Source: Daphnia carinata (taxonomy: Eukaryota). From it: DNA of 64,000 bases. Under the pieces are notes generated by a model. That model was not told the DNA's origin. It saw only the letters and a list, made by a program, of their open reading frames with translations, and ran no database searches. The DNA is taken from contig NC_081333.1 of the NCBI RefSeq assembly GCF_022539665.2, forward strand, positions 3,162,001-3,226,000, given 5' to 3'. How positions within the stretch are numbered: the stretch's first letter is position 1; each line of letters begins with the position of its first letter. Shown here piece by piece: positions 37,101 to 51,870 of this stretch. The position numbers and the translations under genes are program-made.

Positions 37101-39395
37101 CGCCTTTTACTACAGCAATAAGAAAGGCGTTTTTTTTTTTTTAATACGTAGTCTTTACATAAAGTTCTTTTAGCCTTTGCCGCAGCGCGCAAAAGAAAAG
37201 CTGGAGCGCAAACGGGTAGGGTGAAAGCTTGGCCGGAAGGATGTGATGGGGATCAATAAAAATAGAGAAGAATAATTGGAAGTTATGCAGTGGGAGTCTT
37301 GCGGATGCCTACCATTTTTCTTAATAATTTCGTTTTTAAATGTATTTGGAAAAAATAGCGATAGATGTAATTTGTAGGGGAAGAACTGAAGAGCTTTGTT
37401 TATCCGGATTCCATTAATCTTTTTTAACTATCATTTGGAAAACCGTGTTTCATAATTTAAATTTTACAGATTTTTAAGTTCAAATGTCAAACAATTTCAG
37501 AATGAAAACATCTCGTTTACTATCTCACGGATGTGACGTAGGGAAAGTCACCATCTGGCCGTTCTTTCTTTACACGATGACATTTAGCTCTTCTTTCTCT
37601 CTCTGCCTCTCTCTCACATTCAGTTAATTGAATTTTCAGTCGGAACGGCACGTTACACGCACCAGTGAGCCATTTATTCTGAAAACAGGCTTATACACGT
37701 TGATCTCTCGGCATTGTCTTTTGAGTCGCCGCTGATGTGCGTCGTACATCACGACGATTAAAAATTAGATTATTATGCCCGTTCATTACAGCGCACGTGC
37801 ATGGAACAAAAGCAGAATTCAATTAGCTATTTCGTTCAGCTCGATTATATCATTATGATCACACGTATGCCTTTTTTTCTCTTTCAAGCTTAATGAAAAT
37901 TATTTTTCAATCAACAGAAGAAAAGCCGCCGAAAGAGCTACGACATGTTTATACCGAACCTTTGCTTCCCGTTGATTTTGTCTATCACACCTCCCCCCCC
38001 CCTTCGGCCAGAATTCAAACAAACTTTTAGGTTTTTTCGTGAGAAAATGTTGGGGTGTATCTTTTTAAAAAACCCTCCGTTTGTTTGCCTTATTTTTGTT
38101 TATCTGTTATTGTGATTGTGGATTTGTAAGGTCACAACATGTCGCAAACGGATGGGAACAGTATGGGCGGCGAGAGCGGACCTGTCGGCCACACGGGCAC
38201 CGGTTGCTACAAGAATCACGAACACAGTTTGATGCTGCATCCGCAACACGGAGCTGCCAATCGGTTGGTACCTGCCACCGGTGGCCAAAGAAGACAGTCG
38301 GCCACCACAGGCGCCATATCAATCGCCGCCGTGACAGCTCTGCTCGCCTCCAGTCCCGCAACAAACGTCAGCGGCGTTCAACACCCGCCCGCAGCAGCGC
38401 CTCCCAACAATTTGGTGGATTTAGGTAAATATATCTAACACCTATTCTTTTTTTTTGTGTGTGTGTGTGTGTGTTAAATCATAAACTTTTGGATAAGAGA
38501 AAAAAGAAAGGCCATCCAACAATAGGCTATTAACTGGCAATAAATGCCAAGCTTTTCTCGTGTTGCATGATGAGTCATTGTTCGCTAAACAAACGGTGGC
38601 TTTTTTTCGCTCGACAATCACGCGGATGTGATTCACGAAAAGGGGGGGGGCGCTCAGCACTTCGTGTGTGAAAACGCTGATGTCAGCACACATCGTTCGA
38701 TTGAAATCAGGCTGACGTGAGCTGCGATCGTTATGTTTGAATCGCACTTTTTTTTTTTTTTCAAGTGTCAAATGGTATAATCAAATGTAATTTTAAATTA
38801 GGTGATTCACCGTGTTCGAGGAAGAGGTTGTTGTCGTTCAACGATCAACAACATCCGTCCGCCTGTAGTCCGCTGTCGCCGAATAGGCCTCCGCGTCGTG
38901 CGGATAATGGCGGTTCAGTGCGAGCTGCGCCACCTGGTAATTCAAATAGTAGTAATAATAACTCTTCTACCGCTGCCGCTGCTGTGGCTGCTGTGGCTGC
39001 TCTTGCAGCAACACCTTCTTCCGCATTCCACTCGCCGGTAAAGAAACAAATTTGAATTTTTTTTTCTTTCTCATTTTTCCTTTTTTTTTAGACGTTGAGC
39101 TATTTTTTTTTCTTCAAATTTTACGTTGAATTTCGTGTTTGAATTTTAAAGTGTTAAGTCATAGTAGCGTATCAGATTTCGAGTAGAAAACGAGGGAATG
39201 GAGTTCGCTTTTTTGAATGCTTTTTGTTTTTTAAGTTTAAATGTAATAAGGCTAACGCGAATATTGCATGTCCATTTGATTAGGCTTGAGCTATTGTATA
39301 GTCTAGCAGTTCACTATAATAATATGCACTTCAGCCAGAAAAAGAATACGTATTGTACAAGTCTAGACGGCCTGCATGTGCCTTGTGACACTTTG

Positions 39396-39427
<32 letters not shown>

Positions 39428-42400
39428 TAAGGGCTATATCCACCACCCCCCTTTTTTTTCAAAGAAACGTCACCACACACAAAAGTAGAAAGAATATACG
39501 TCGATACATATATATTTTTTTATATACGTAAAAAGAGAGAATTTCCAGCACGTCGTCAGCGATCAATACGAATGCTCAAGTCACACGCATGGATTCAATC
39601 TTTTTTTGAAAATTGAACGGGCATTTCAGATCGAAAATAACGGGAGTAGTAATCTCAAATGAGTTTTGAATTTCCGTCTTGTTATACTGAAAAACATCGG
39701 CTATAGATCCGCGTAGACGTGTAGGTCTAGCGCTGATTGCAATTAACCCAAGCTGATTAGATGCAATGTTTAGTACGCCTTTTTTTCTTTTTGTTATGAT
39801 TACGCTTGGTGCCCTTTACCCCATTAATCTTTAACAATGCCCTGTCACAAGATCATAACACAACTGCGCTGTACTAGCTTAACCGCATATCGTTGCTTAT
39901 AGACGCAACAAAGAAGCCGTTGGGTGCCATTTGTGAGAACGAATGTGATTGACCTTTTGGCCCCCACATCGTAATCTAGTGAATCGCATTGAGCCGAGTG
40001 TCAAAAAAAAAAAAAGAAACGAGCCTAGAGCAACTCAGTTGGGGGTTTAGTGTCGAGATTAAGTGACCTTTCATCCACAAGACAATCACGTCCTTTAGAT
40101 ATAGAATAAAAATCCTTTGTACCATTAGTTCCCATCGGCCCTGTACGCAAATTTAGAAAAAAGTTTTTTGAATTTTATATTAATTTCCCAATCAAAATGG
40201 GTTTCATTATTTGTTTTGTTTTAAATGTGCTGTTCTACTATATACAGGGTGGCCAAGTGATGCAATCCCAGAGAGCTCAACCGGTCGTCAGTGATTTATA
40301 AGACAAATATCCCAAATTTATTAAATTCAAAAACCAAAAAAAAAAAAAAAAAAAAGAACTTTATACGGACAGAAGAAATTGTTTTAGAAAAAATGTGTGT
40401 TATGAAAAAAGAAAAAAAAAAGGCCAACCGGAAGAAACGAAATTTGCGGATCTGTAAGAATTGAAAGAGCGGGGAACTAAACATCCATAGGTAACTACAC
40501 AAAACATCATAATTCATAGCCATCAGTTTTAATAGTATAGCTCTAAAATATATAGTCCTCTTTGTATAGTTTCCAAACTTTCTGTCCGTCTGCATCTATC
40601 CAGCAATTTTTGCCCGGCAAATCCCTATTTTTCTTCTTTTGATTAATTATATCATTCCCTTCGCGATTCTATCGGGTCCGTTTTCTAATAATTCGATAAC
40701 AACACAACAAAGAAATCCAATCTCATTAAACGTTTAAATAGTTGGCATTTGATTTGTTTTAACCGACACGAGGAAGCAGATAGGAAACGGGGGCACTGAA
40801 TAACAGGGCAAAAGGCCAATCTCCATTTTTCTTATTTATTTTTTTTTTTTGAACTGTAATAACCGCAAATAATATGAAAAGAAAAGCAAATTCCTTTTGT
40901 TTTCATAGCGTCTTCATTATTGTTACGATGACTAACATGGCTTCTTCTTTCGGCTACTTCCAAAGATACTGAGCTCATTAAAAAAAAAAATTGCAAGGCT
41001 CCAGTCGTCAAATTCAATTACGTCCATGACGACAAGCTTCGCTAACCAATAACCTAACAAAAGAATGTGGGAAGGTTTTCAATTTTCTTCTCTCTTTTTT
41101 TTTTAAACGGCCCAATTTTTCTTGGCTGACTTGGCAACGCAATCAATCACAATAATTAAGAAACTCGCTTTCAATGTCCGCGCACATTTTTCTTTTACGT
41201 TCCTTGCCTTGACAGCACAAATATTGGCATGATCTCTTCAGCTTGAAGTCTTCCTCTTGGCTTGTTTCAATTGTTTTTTTTTCCTTCCGCATCAGAAATT
41301 CTAATCCGTCTGATTGATGTTGGTCATCATTTCTCTTTTCTTATCTTTCTGTTTTATGTGACCGTGATTTAAATCTTTAAATTCCCGTTTATCTCCGCTC
41401 CGAAATCCTAGACATCATATGCGTTAGCTCTATAATAGCCCTCGTATATATATATATATACGAGAATGCAAGTAACAAATGATGGGACCCTAGTGTCCAG
41501 TCTTGTACTCAGTGAACTGCAATCTCTTTTTTTTTTTTTTACACGACCGTCGTAGCTAAACGCACAAGAGAAAACTGCACATCCATCGCGATCGAATCCC
41601 CCTAGGCTATATATCTTCAGTCTAAAAACACATACACACCGTGCGCCCCGAAAAGCCGTGTATGTCTTGTACACCCACGTTCTTCCGCTCGTTTGGTTTC
41701 CTTCTATTTGCTTTATTGCTTTACATTTATTCTAGATTTGTTTTTCTAAAAAGCATAACATGGAGAAAATAGGCAAAAGAAAGACGTAGACATTTCTGAT
41801 TATTTCGAATACATCACATTCGAGTTGGTTGTTATCGTCGACATGTTAGCGTGTATCGATATGTTTTTGACTCTGTTCCATATTTTCTTCTTTTTTTTTT
41901 TTTCATTCGGTTTTCTTTTATGTTTTGTTTTTATGTTTTTTTTTCTTTTTTTCTTTTTTCGTTTTTCATTATTGGATTTCTCGTAGGATTTGAATGAGTT
42001 TGTAGAGTCGCTACCGGGATTCAAAAAGCTCCAGCCCTATTCTTCTTCTTCTTCTTCCTCGGCTGCTGCTGTGATCAATATGATGACGCCTGGGCCGGCA
42101 ACGACGCTCATCGAAATGCAGCCAATGGGACGCAATCCGTCGTCGTGTCCCACGGCCCCCAGTTCCATCCATTTGTCCACTAGCAACAAATCGTCACCTG
42201 CCAGGTCGCAGAGGAGGACGAGACCGACGGATTTGGCCAGTTTCGACAGCTCCGACACTTGGGCCAGCTGCAATCCGTTCCCAAGCATCACCGACTTGGC
42301 CGGCTGGTCGCCGCAGAGCGGGACGGGTCCAGCAGAAAGAGAGGCTTCCGATTTGTACGTGAAACCGTTGGAGAAGGAGAACAAACAGCAACATTACGTC

Positions 42401-43294
42401 ACCGTAGACGAGACTTCCAGGCTACTTTATCAATCGATTAACGAACAAGCGGACGACGATGATTCGCCCGTCAAAGCCCAGGCGGCCAATCGCAAAATTC
42501 AGACGGCCAGCAACAAGCCGCGGCCGAGATTCAAGGAAGCTTTCAGCTCGGATGAAGAGGATCGCCCTACCAACGTCGTGACCACCGGTTCGTCCAAGAA
42601 CAAGGAGGCCGGCAGCGGAGGGTTCGGTTTGAAAGGAGGCGGCATTGTCAGTTCGGTCAATAAAAAATTCCGTCAGAAATCAAGTCCGTCTAGCAGTGGC
42701 AAGCCATCCTTCCTGACGGGCAAAGGTATCGCTTCCGCCACACGTTTCCTTAACTATCGATTCCACAGTCTCCAAAGCGCAGGTATTTTTTTCAAAAGAA
42801 TTATTTATCTATCATTTTTTGCATTCCGCAGTTTAATTAATTTTTGAAAACAAACAAAAGATAATCGAGGACGCGCAAGTCCCGATCGCAAAAAATCCAT
42901 TTTGAAGCGATCCGGTGAAGGGGGTGGCGGAGGTGGCGGAGGTTCAACTTCTGTGGGTTCAACATCGGTCGGGGCTTTGTCCGACCAGGATACGGAGATG
43001 GAGAAGTTGATTGGCGGTGAAGGGGGAGGTGCCACGGCGTCCGAGAGCGGCTCCGAACCTTTCTCGCCCGTCGTAGCCCAGCGGAGTAGCAATCGGAGAC
43101 GGATGAATGACGCACTGGTGGGTGGAGGAGGAGGCAATAAGACAAGGCCGTCCGAAACGGCCGACAGCGGACACATCAGCATCAACATGGGCGGCAACTT
43201 GATGACATCTTGCGCACTGGACGATTGGCCTTTTGCCGACTACTCGCCAACCGAAGAGGCAATCACTTCCGGTCATCCATCCAGCGCAACGTGA
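31109..43294 (+). CDS. Shab: Voltage-gated potassium channel Shab (Kv2 family) alpha subunit
   Basis: Exons 31109-32257, 35060-35906, 38131-38424, 38802-39037, 41987-42782, 42861-43294, with consistent phases. T1/BTB domain [19 protein letters not shown]...YFFDRHP with Zn motif HLVEEMC..ESCC; S4 [21 protein letters not shown]; pore TMTTVGYGD; Kv2-type PIP hinge; [14 protein letters not shown] and [13 protein letters not shown] are Shab-like. The start could instead be the upstream in-frame GTG at 31067; non-coding 5' exons are likely (e.g. ~30493-30601). Confidence 0.95.
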
Positions 43295-46200
43295 AACCCG
43301 GAAAGCCACTCCGCATTTGTGGGGTATGAATTTGTCTTTCCTTTTATTTTTTTGAATTCTTTTACCGTTAGAAGCGCTGAGATTTCTAGTTCCCATCCGG
43401 AAGCCCATTAGAAATGGTGCGCCATCTGCGTGCTAATGTCTATGCAACTCTCTCGTTCATTTTCTAAAAGTTCCAAGCGGCTGCGTTCATTTGGTGCCCT
43501 CTTTCTCAGGGAAAGTTTAGCGCTGCTGATTTGTGCTCTGTTTGATCTCTCACCCACGCTCATATCAAATGCGCATTTCACGTTGACAACTTTCCCTCTG
43601 CTGTTTGTTGTTTTTTCAATCACGTTGCGTTCGGAATGCACAGCGCCGGAATCCAGAAAATGATGTGCAGAATCAGGGGACAATTAAAAATGAAAGCACA
43701 TTTTTTTTTTTTTACTTTAATTGATTGGCAATCATTTGGATATTGATCGATTGGAATAGAAAGGGGCGGGGAGCTAAACAGACTTTTACACACCCATACG
43801 TTCGATCACATTGACAGCAGGCCCGTACCGGCACGCGCGTGTTGGATGTTGATTGAATGGGGCATCTCGTTCATTTCCCCACACTCAAGAAAAAAAGGAG
43901 GTGGACAAGTCCCCCCCCCCCCCCCCCCATTAACTTTCGTTTTTCCCGAAGGGCGTGGCTATTCAGAATAGGCAGACAGCAAAGACCATCTACAAACAGC
44001 AACAATGATAATGTGACGTTTCTCAATGTTTGATGATGACTTATGGCTCTTATTACACGTCCGTGATGAGGGATGTTAGGAGCTTCGAGCGGAACAAACT
44101 GTTGTATCGATTATCAAGATCGGTGATGGTCGTGCGGTAGCTCGTTACAGCTGTAAACCAAATGGATTTTTTTTTTTTTTAATGTGATGCGCTTCATCCT
44201 CGACGTGAAGGTCATCGATCCATCAGAGTCAACCCTCTAGCCTCGTTTAAATCCTCGCAAAATGAGAAACGAATTCAAATGTTTTCCCGCGCGATGTTTG
44301 AATCCTTTTAAACACGCTCAACGAGAATTGGCCGCATCTCTTTAGATCAAAATATCGTTTGAATTATTTTAAACGTCACGAATTGAAGAGGCCGATGTTC
44401 GTATTTACTTTTGTTATTCTGACCGCGCGTTTTATTTGATGTTTAATTCTAAAAAAAAAAAAAAATATATAAATAAATATTTGTTGTGTTCAGTAGAGAG
44501 CCGACCTCCCAACCGATTCCCCCCATATGACTCCATTTGCAATGCGTCGCCATAGCAGCTTGGGGTATTGATTCACCCGCAGCAGAGAAAGCGGGAGAAC
44601 GTAGACACACAGCTAAAAAGACGTAAAGCACGTGCCTCTATGGAAGGAAAGGCAAAGTTGTTGTTAGGGTGGGGGAGGGTTTGGTCGGTTTCGCGTGTGT
44701 CGGTCAGAACCCCCCCCCCCCCCCCCCCCCCCCCGACGGTTGATGACTGCGATGGATGGGCGGAGGCAAATAGAAAGAAACATAAGGACCCCCGACTCGC
44801 GAGCTGAATTTATTTTGTTTGTTTGTTTTTTTTTTGTTCCATGGCTACTGTGCGTTTCATATAGAACAACAACAACAACAGAGAAAAAGGATTCCCGACG
44901 TCAGCTTATTTCTCTGTTTGTCCGGAATTGTTGCACCGCAACAACAAAAAAAGGGGGGATACGTTAGTAGCCATAGTTTTCGACGGAAGGACGCAACAAA
45001 AAAAAACTGTTTGAACGCAGCCCAGTGTAAGTGCGGAATCGCAACACTAGCGCTGCATTGTTTGCGTGTGTGTGTGTGACAGTTAGTCGATAGACATTTT
45101 CAATGCGACTGATGGTGTGTTGCGCTGTTGCTCTCCACTTGGCTTTGCCACTCAATGGCTATACAAACTCCACATATGCGGACTGACTTCCGAGTGATTT
45201 GACTCTCACACACAGAACCACACAGAGAGAGGCAAAGGAAGATGTATCTTTATTGTCATCCCAGAATTTTCCTATTCAAACTATTTTTTTTTTTTGGCCT
45301 TTTCATGGGGTGTTTGTTTGTTGTCGCCAACGTTTGATTATATGCGCTCGAAGCCATTGGTCCCTCACTTTATCAACATTGCGGGTCAAACTGAATTACG
45401 AGCTGGACAACGCGCAGTATAACTTAAGGCGGGAAGTTTGAAATTCAAGTTGCTCTGAATTTCAATGTTCTCATATATTTAATTCACGATGACAAACTCG
45501 TCACCTTTGATCTATTTTGCTCTTGTTGTGTAGACGGCTGCCGTCCAACTGCCCCTCTATAAGCCGAAAGAAAAAAGAAAAACGCTCAACTCCGTAACGA
45601 AAAACGACGTCCCTCGCGGAGAGAAAATACAATTGGCCTCAAAGGCACACGACGGCCGTCAAAACTTTCCAAGAAAAGTGACAATCACACAGACACACAT
45701 AGAGAAAAAGGTTCTCTTTTTCCTTTTTGTTCTTTGTTGTTATGTAAGCGTAACGAAACACCACAACTATATCTTTCTCTCTACCATCCTTTTCCTCTTA
45801 TTTTTCGCCGAAGCAATATTACATGTATAGGAGGACAACTACTGGCTGTCTCTATTTCATCGTTATGTCGGTTCTTTTATTGTATATGTATGGTGCGTTA
45901 TGTTTAAAAATCGTCCCGAGTTGACTGCCGTTCGTTTCAATTTCCCTTTCAAAAAACAAAATGTGCGGGAGTTTTGCTTCGTCGTGCGTGTAAAAAACGA
46001 ATGTTCACAAAGGTCATTCCAAAGAGAAAAACGTGACCGACATCATCAAATTGTTTGTCATTTTTACAATTACAAATCTTCTTCTTGTGAGTGTATACTA
46101 TCAGATATCCTCGATCTCCCTTTTTAATAGTTCCCGATTTCTTTAAAAAAAAAAAGATTTGTCCCGCTCAGCTTTAAATGCCGCTACATTTTAACGCACA

Positions 46201-49200
46201 ATGTCTGTTAATCATTTCAGATCCCAAAAAAAAGCATTGGCAAAGAAAAAGCTGCAAGTGATGGACAGCGTGTCTGCGTGTGTGTAAGATAACAAACGCG
46301 GTATGCATAATGTTGCGTGACGTTTTTTCTATTCGACATGACTAACATCTATCACGAAGAAAGCTTTCTGGTTAATTGGTTGTGACTATTGTTTTTTTTT
46401 TTTTTTATTGTTTTTGCGTTCATTTTTTTTCGCAGAGAGATCTTTCCTCGTAGGCGATTGAGTTTGCGGAGTAAAGTAGCTAATATCGATGACTTAATAC
46501 CAGCGTGAGAGGACGTCTTTGATATAATTGGCGCACTTGCTATGTGTATACAACCATAACCTTTCCCTCGCCCATCTCGCTAATATTCATTTGGCCCTAT
46601 TGTCTCATGTCTCAGTGCTTTGTTCCTTGGTGTTATTGCAAGGATGTAATAGGCTGCTCCATTTCCTTTGTCAGTCGTGTAGAGTGAGGATTATATTCGA
46701 CATGAGCGCTCAATCACTGTTAGTCTGTTTTTCTTGATTATGGTCAATTCTAAATTTCCCCTTTTTTTCTGGCCTCCAATAATGTTCTTTTCTTTCAGGT
46801 CATCCGCTATGGTAATTGGCACTGGTCGAAGTGTACACACACTCCCAAGGTTAACGGTTAACGTGTATGATATTATGTTACTAACGAAACGTTACTTTCC
46901 TTTAGGCTCTTGATTTTTGTTTTCGTTTGAGTTTTGTGTTCTTTCCCACCCTCTTCAATTTTTATATCGCTTTAAAGTATACTATAGTCACTTGACCCGT
47001 TTGTTTGTCTTCAATTGCCATCGTCCGTCTATGTTTGTAGCGGAGCTAAGCTGTCTTGGAAACGGTGAAACGAATCCTCTGCTCTTCTTTTTCTTCTTTT
47101 ACTATACACACACAAACACACGTCCTCCCTACCCCTTACTTAACAATGCAACAAACGAAAAAGATTAAAAGACAAAAACAAAATGTTACCTTGCCCTCCC
47201 TTTTTCCCTTTAAGAAATATATAGTATTATTACTTGACCTTAATGTCTGTTCTCTAAATCAACAACAAAAAAACTCAAACTCAACAAAAAAACTCTAAAT
47301 AGGACTCGACGATTCGATTGAACAAGAAAAAAGATGAAGAAAATGTCGAAGTCTAATGCGGTAATATTGCTATGAAGTGACATTGGAGGGAGTATCAATA
47401 CAACTGCAAAAAGAACCATTCGTACTGGGGGGGGGGGGGGATCAGACAAAATTAGGAAACGAAACAAAAGAATCAACGAGCGAAATGGATCAGTATAAGT
47501 GTTTCCAACGCAATAACTCAGATGCTGAAAATTGAAATCGATTAAAAAACAAAACAAAAACAAAACGAAATTCTCCACTTTTTGGGCGACTAGAATGTCT
47601 GACGCACGATTTTGCATTGCGGCAATGTTGTCACAGGGTCGCACACACGAGCAAAGAAAAACAGTTTCCTTTTTTTTCATACTTCTTCGTCTGAAAAGAA
47701 ACAAAAGTATTTAGAAGCAGATTGAAATAGAAACTATAATTATTGTGTCCTAACCATGGTACCACCATTTAGTTTTTTTGGGGTTCTTGCTGCACGTTTT
47801 CACATACATACTGTCATCTGGTGGTCTCTTCTACGAAAGTAAATTTTAAAAACAAATGAAGGAATAGGTTGCATCACTATCACAGGGAGACTGACCTTTT
47901 CTTTACAAGAGCTGAGCATTGAAATGATGGACACGCAGACCGAAAAAATGGACAGGGCTGGAGACCAATCATCGGTTAAAATACTGAGGCAGATATGGCC
48001 TGTTAGACGAAGAGAGAAAACGAAAAGCCACGTTAAAAATGTATTGACTCTTTCGACCACATCTAAAAGTTTTCTGAGTGACTTTTAGTTTACCGTTGCT
48101 GTAGACGTGAGGATGAACAGGAATTTCTGTTCCGATAAAAACAACCTACCGAAACAGTCGGGAAACAAGGTATGTGTTAGTATTAAGCAAACTGAAACTG
48201 AAATTTTTAAAAATGTGACTTTACCTCAGGTGAATCAAAAGGGTATTTTGGTCCGAAACGGAACTGTAACTGAAATTGTTCTCCCTCGTAAATAGTTCCT
48301 TGAGCTCCATTAATACTCAATACTAGTCTAGATGTTAATTTAAACTGTAAACTTAGGGCTTCTTGGTTCAATGATAAAAAATATTTACAGGTCTAGACTT
48401 TGGCCTACGGATTCTCCATCTATTACAACACCAGGTGGTGGCTCCTTTATCAAGGATACCAGCTCCTTTTGCAGTCGTTTCTACAACAAAAGAAGTATGG
48501 AGGTAAGAAACAGGTATAAACTTAGCTACGTAGGTTTGTGCACTATGAACAAACACCATATAAGTTTACACTTAGTGTAGTTAAAATCATGTTAAAGAAA
48601 TAATGGGGTGCCAATCATTGGCTTGTTTTTTTCACTAGTTGACAACAAGTGAATCACAAAGTATTGAAAATAATTTGTAAAACCTCCTGTCTTTGAAGTG
48701 TACATGACTGTGTCAGGCTTGCTTCACTAGGAGGTGAATACATTTATGTGGATGGCACAAACAGCGGAAGAGAAACTATTAGGTAGTAAGAAAACTATAC
48801 TGACTATGCAAGTCCACTTGCCTTTCACTTATAACATTTTCATTACATAAGGAAATGGGAAGGGCGGGAGTCCTAGGATAGCAATTTCATTACTGTGGGG
48901 TTTCACTTCATGCGAAAAAATGATGCAAATACAGACTGGCTGTGTGCCGAAATGGCATGTGTCAAAAGGCCCAAACTTCTAGGGTTTCACACTGTTGGCT
49001 CACTCGAATTTTATAAAATACAATGAGGAGCATAGAGCCATTATTTGTTAGGCACACTGTAAGTACAATGATATGTTCTGATAGGAGGGTTATGTTTTGT
49101 TAAAGAAGATACCTGGTAGTGCTATGTTTAAAAACAGGAGTTAGTTTCTCACTTACCATAGTTAACTAAAACTTCATAATTAAACTAAAATATGCTAACT

Positions 49201-50615
49201 GAGTTAATTATTTTCTCTATAAACTAATAATTTGAGAAGTCAAGGACAAGTGCAATTGAAAGGAGTTTCCAAGGGCACATTAACAGGGCAACTAAACGTA
49301 AGTTCGATTACTTTGACTACATTGTTCCAATACTTCTATAACCTATGACTCCTTAAGATCATCAACTATATTTTTTATTTTGTTTATTTACCTGGGCAGG
49401 AGAACATGTGAAACGCGAGTGGTGGGACATGTTTGTTTTCCTTTGTACCTCACTCGGAATCCGGCTGGCGGCTAAGCATTTCTTTGCATTCACAGTACGA
49501 CATAAAAAAGTTTAAGTGCGCTAAACTACCAAAAAATTAAAGATAAAATTTTTGTTAAAAAAAAAATAAAATATAGAAATGCGCTGTGCGTATTTAAAAA
49601 TGAAAAAATATTTCCGTGAATACATATGGCATTGATCATTGACGTAAACGCGCGGCCTCTTCGATATCTTAGCAGACTGTATCCCAGTCTTTACCAGAAG
49701 CAGAGTCATAGAGAGGAAATTTCCCTCTAGAAGGAACAAGAGGAATGGTTAAGGTTTGAAATAGAAGAAGCGAGTGTTTCTTTTGTTGAAAATAGAATTA
49801 AGGTTTTTCTTGTCACAAACAACTGATGAAACTGTCATTTCCAATTGAGAAAAATATTATAGCCAAATCCACTTGGAACTACAAAAGCTGATATTGCCAT
49901 TGGTAGAATTTCAGAAATTCACCCTTAAATTTATCTACTTATGTATGTATATCTACTTAGTTTGCTTATAAATCCTGAAATTAGATAAAATTACTGAAAA
50001 CCCGTAATTGCCCATTGATAGTCTATTAGTCTCGTTCTGAGTTGGTTGTTGGCTGTCTTGGCAAATGTTACCTCCAAATTTGACATACTGTATATGAACT
50101 CTCCAATGACACCTTTTTTTGGGCCTAATTGAAATCAAAGACATATGAGAATAATAGTTGACCTATAGTTAAAAGGTGAGCTGTGAACCAAAGCCCAACA
50201 TCAACTATGAGAGAAGCGGAGAAACATGTTTTATTACTAAATACTGTATGTATTATTTACTAACGTTTATAGGTAAACCCCCCCCCCCCCCCGGTTTCAA
50301 AATTTATATTTGCTGTAACGAGCGAAATCTTGCAAAGTTAATGTAAATCATGAACTGAAGCGGACATGGGAGATGGGACATCTGAGGATTGGCCTGCGGG
50401 GACGGGCAAAGACCATGTTACGTTTATTATCTGGCAACATTCAGGAATTCCAACCCTGTTGATTCTTTCGAAACAACGTTATGCGGACTGTTGACGTCTG
50501 CAAAAAGCCACCTGACGCAGTTTTGAGCGTGAATTCTGAAAGGTGAATCGTCACACAAAACAGTAGTTGGATGACTCCGTAAAGTGTGTTCAGTGACTAG
50601 ATATTCACATCTTAA

Positions 50616-51870
50616 ATGAATTTCGGGGGTACCATTCGACCCAATAATAAAGCCGTCGCCATCTTCCTGATTAGCGTGGCGACGCTTTATTTAATTTATA
50701 TATGGACAAGTAGTACAGCGACGGCAAAAGAATCTTCAGCCGCGGCAGAAAAAGTTAGCATTGGTGAAATATTATGTGCAGCCATAGCTGCAGCTGAAGC
50801 AGGTGGCAGAGAGGTGAAAGCAGTACGAGAAAAAGGAACTGAATTAAACGAAAAAAGTAAAGGCAAAACAAAAGAAGGTGTCAAAGATGTCCTGACGGAT
50901 GGTGATGTTAGATCTCATCAGGTCATGTTCAGTACCCTAACTGGTGCTTTCCCTTATGTTAAGGTAAGAAATAGTACACTTTCCCTTTTGTATTGTGTTT
51001 TATTTTCAATTTTATGAAGGTAATTTCTGAAGAACATGATGAGAATAACATTTCAGTTGAATCAGCTAAATTCAGCAAGAAATGCCCTGCTCTTGAGCAA
51101 ATATCAAAATTGGAATGGGTGCCGAATGATTCAATAACCATCTGGATTGATCCATTAGATGCTACCAAAGAGTACACAGGTATATATACTATAGATGAAT
51201 TCATTTAGGAAACAGTTTAATTTTGAAAATATTGGCAGAAAACTTGTTGGATTATGTGACCACGATGGTGTGTATTGCTGTGAAAGGTGAACCAGTCCTA
51301 GGAGTCATTCACAAGCCTTTTGAAAAAAAGACTTATTGGGCATGGGTTGGGCAGGGAATGGCAGAAGAATTACTTGAAATCAGTAAAGCGGTAATTTATG
51401 ACACAGTTATTTTGTAACCAAATTGGACTCAGAACTTGTTGATTTATTACTCAGCCTGAAGCGGAAAATGAGTCTTTTATCATTTCCCTGTCACATACCG
51501 GAGACGCCGTGGAAAATCATATCAAGTCAAAATTTCCCAACGCAAACGTGGAGAAAGCTGGTGGTGCAGGTATTTCATCTTTATATTCTACTCGTAGTGA
51601 CAAAGAAAATTAACAAATTATGTGCCACCCCAAGGATATAAGTCTTTGCAGATCGCTAGTCGACATAGTGGAGCATATGTTCACATGACTCACATAAAAA
51701 AATGGGACGTATGTGCGGGACATGCAATTCTTAAAGCTCTGGGAGGTCGCGTTACGACAATGAAGAATGAACCTATCAAATATGGTGAAAATGATCCAGT
51801 CCTTATCAAAAATGGTCTGCTTGCCAGTTTACATAATGGAGATTTCTATTCAAAATTATTTACAGAATAA
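50616..51870 (+). CDS. IMPAD1: Golgi PAP 3'-phosphatase / inositol monophosphatase 3 (IMPAD1/BPNT2 orthologue)
   Basis: Exons 50616-50963, 51020-51179, 51239-51390, 51455-51569, 51635-51870. Type [76 protein letters not shown]. Confidence 0.92.

Noticed and set aside
43292..43411. Open frame after the Shab TGA (possible stop-codon readthrough)
   Set aside because: The context is TGA-A rather than the leaky TGA-C, and the extension is T-rich UTR-like sequence.
49386..49480. TTACCTGGGCAGGAGA resembling the U1 snRNA 5' end
   Set aside because: Similarity stops after ~15 nt with no U1 stem-loops or Sm site; more likely a minus-strand donor-like sequence.
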